Of a DNA stretch of 35,103 nt, positions 33,629 through 35,103 are shown piece by piece. The stretch is from Dehalococcoidales bacterium (lineage in GTDB: Bacteria; Chloroflexota; Dehalococcoidia; Dehalococcoidales; UBA5627), in NCBI GenBank assembly GCA_012520835.1, contig JAAYNN010000001.1, positions 1-35,103 on the forward strand, in the 5' to 3' direction. Position 1 is the stretch's first letter; the number at the start of each line of letters is the position of its first letter. The position numbers and the translations under genes were made by a program. The notes below the pieces were generated by a model. That model was not told the DNA's origin and searched no databases. It saw only the letters and a list, made by a program, of their open reading frames with translations.

Positions 33629-35103
33629 TTATTCCTTTTCCCGGAGCTGCGGGAACAGAATGACTTCGCGAATCGACTGCTGGTTGGTTAAAAGCATTAC
33701 CAGTCTGTCGATGCCGACTCCCAGACCGCCGGTAGGCGGCATGCCGTAAGCCATAGCCGTCAGGAAATCTTCGTCGATGACTTCCTGTTCCTCATCCTTG
33801 CCCTGATTCCTCTGCTGGTTAACGAATCTCTGCCTCTGGTCGATGGGATCATTCAACTCCGAAAAAGCATTGGCAAGTTCCATACCGCAGACATAAGCCT
33901 CGAATCTCTCTACTATATTATCATATCCGGGCTTCTTTTTGGCAAGTGGTGACATATCCAGTGGATAGTCATACAATATGGTCGGTTGGACCAGGTGCGG
34001 TTCCACAAAGGTGGATAACAGTTCGTCGATCAATCTCCCCCTGTCTTTATTGGGGTCGACTTCCATATTCAGTTTTAACATTTCGTTCCTGAGCGAAATC
34101 ACATCGGGAAATTGCATAAAATCGATGCCGCTGTGCTTTAAAATCGTTTCCCTCAGGTCGAGCCTTTGCCACGGCGGAGTGAAATCGATGATATTTTCAC
34201 CGTATTTGAATTTAAAGTCACCCGATATTTCGTTAATAACGAAAGCAACCATGTCCTCCAGCATATCCATTACGTCCCTGTAATCGACATAAGCCTGATA
34301 GGTCTCAAGCATGGTAAATTCGGGATTATGCTTGATGGAAAGTCCCTCATTACGAAAAATCCTTCCCAGTTCGTATACCTTGTCGAAGCCTCCGATAATC
34401 AGTCTTTTCAGGTGCAGTTCCAGCGCGATGCGCAGATAAAAGTCGCAATCCAGCGAGTGATGATGCGTAATAAACGGCCTGGCGAGGGCTCCTCCGGCAG
34501 AAGGTTGCAGCACCGGCGTTTCCACTTCCAAAAATCCCTTGCTGTTCAAATAATTACGGATGGCGGAGATAATGCGGCTGCGCATCCTGAAAGTATCCTT
34601 GACTTCCCGATTGCTGATAAGGTCAAGGTATCTCTGGCGATACCGGGAATCTACATCCTGAAGCCCGTGGTATTTTTCGGGCAGCGGCAGCAGCGCTTTG
34701 GAAAGCAGGGAGAACTGTTTTACATGTACGGTAGGCTCACCTGTCCTGGTGCGCATTAAGCCGCCGCTAATTCCGATGAAATCTCCAATGTCCAGGTCTT
34801 TAAACAGCTCGGCGGCCGCCTCATTCTCCAGAATGCTGCCGGTAAATATCAACTGTATTTTGCCGGAACCATCCTGTATATCGAAAAAGGAACTCTTACC
34901 CATCTTGCGTATCGCCATGATACGCCCGGCAAGGCTGACCTGCTCCGCTTCGGTTTTTCCGGCTTCTTCATTTTTCTGCAGCAGTTGTCTGGCTTCTTCG
35001 GTGGTATGCGTGCACCGGTAACTGCGCGGATAGGGATCGATGCCGCGGTTTCTGATTTTTTCCAGTTTATCCAGCCTTTGCTGGGTCAATTCGTCTAATC
35101 TCG
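33629..35103 (-). CDS. lysS: lysine--tRNA ligase, class II (5' end at or beyond the window edge)
   Basis: OB-fold N-domain (VSLAGRIMAIRKMGKSSFFDIQDGSGKIQL) and class II core (FLEVETPVLQ, YLRIALELHLKRLIIGG, ELGRIFRNEG, GGLGVGIDRLVMLLT). The ORF-track start is a TTG at 35089, but the frame stays open to base 35103 (RLDELTQQRLDKLEK), so the true start may lie outside the window. Confidence 0.95.
   Translation of the reverse strand, partial: RLDELTQQRLDKLEKIRNRGIDPYPRSYRCTHTTEEARQLLQKNEEAGKTEAEQVSLAGRIMAIRKMGKSSFFDIQDGSGKIQLIFTGSILENEAAAELFKDLDIGDFIGISGGLMRTRTGEPTVHVKQFSLLSKALLPLPEKYHGLQDVDSRYRQRYLDLISNREVKDTFRMRSRIISAIRNYLNSKGFLEVETPVLQPSAGGALARPFITHHHSLDCDFYLRIALELHLKRLIIGGFDKVYELGRIFRNEGLSIKHNPEFTMLETYQAYVDYRDVMDMLEDMVAFVINEISGDFKFKYGENIIDFTPPWQRLDLRETILKHSGIDFMQFPDVISLRNEMLKLNMEVDPNKDRGRLIDELLSTFVEPHLVQPTILYDYPLDMSPLAKKKPGYDNIVERFEAYVCGMELANAFSELNDPIDQRQRFVNQQRNQGKDEEQEVIDEDFLTAMAYGMPPTGGLGVGIDRLVMLLTNQQSIREVILFPQLREKE

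Overview
This 35.1 kb window is a run of core housekeeping genes from a bacterial chromosome. The protein sequences and the intergenic repeat type remind me of Chloroflexota/Dehalococcoidia-like genomes, but I cannot verify that here.

Gene order:
- Minus strand, 1-3673: a partial DnaC/DnaI-like loader, a DnaD-domain protein, dnaB, rplI and trxB.
- uvrA (+), a COG2316-type HD hydrolase (+), and a convergent SbcC/Rad50-like ATPase (-).
- A repeat-rich 519 bp spacer.
- rpoD, dnaG, dgt-like and ppsA, all on the minus strand and tightly coupled.
- A DUF151 nuclease-family gene (+).
- A complete F-type ATP synthase operon, atpZ-BEFHAGDC (+).
- KH-domain gene and rpsP (-), then nfi (+).
- prfB (+), a secreted MA-clan peptidase (+) and an orphan family-5 solute-binding protein (+).
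- tRNA-Ser(UGA) (-), a PD-(D/E)xK-like protein (+), a SEC-C/YkgJ cysteine-cluster protein (-), serS (-) and lysS (-).

I found no CRISPR array, integrase, transposase, prophage or recognisable multi-gene defence cassette, and I cannot honestly name a clear novel system.

The leads most worth following are:
1. prfB carries the classical CTT-TGA-C +1 frameshift and also an in-frame TAG at a conserved Gln codon. This sits in a window where TAG is a very common stop codon and TGA a rare one.
2. A 104-nt structured intergenic repeat occurs as two direct copies, with a compensatory stem change between them. The copies bracket the HD / SbcC-like pair, and no sbcD is present.
3. Two poorly characterised genes (a DUF6602-like nuclease-fold protein and a SEC-C+YkgJ fusion) lie between tRNA-Ser and serS.
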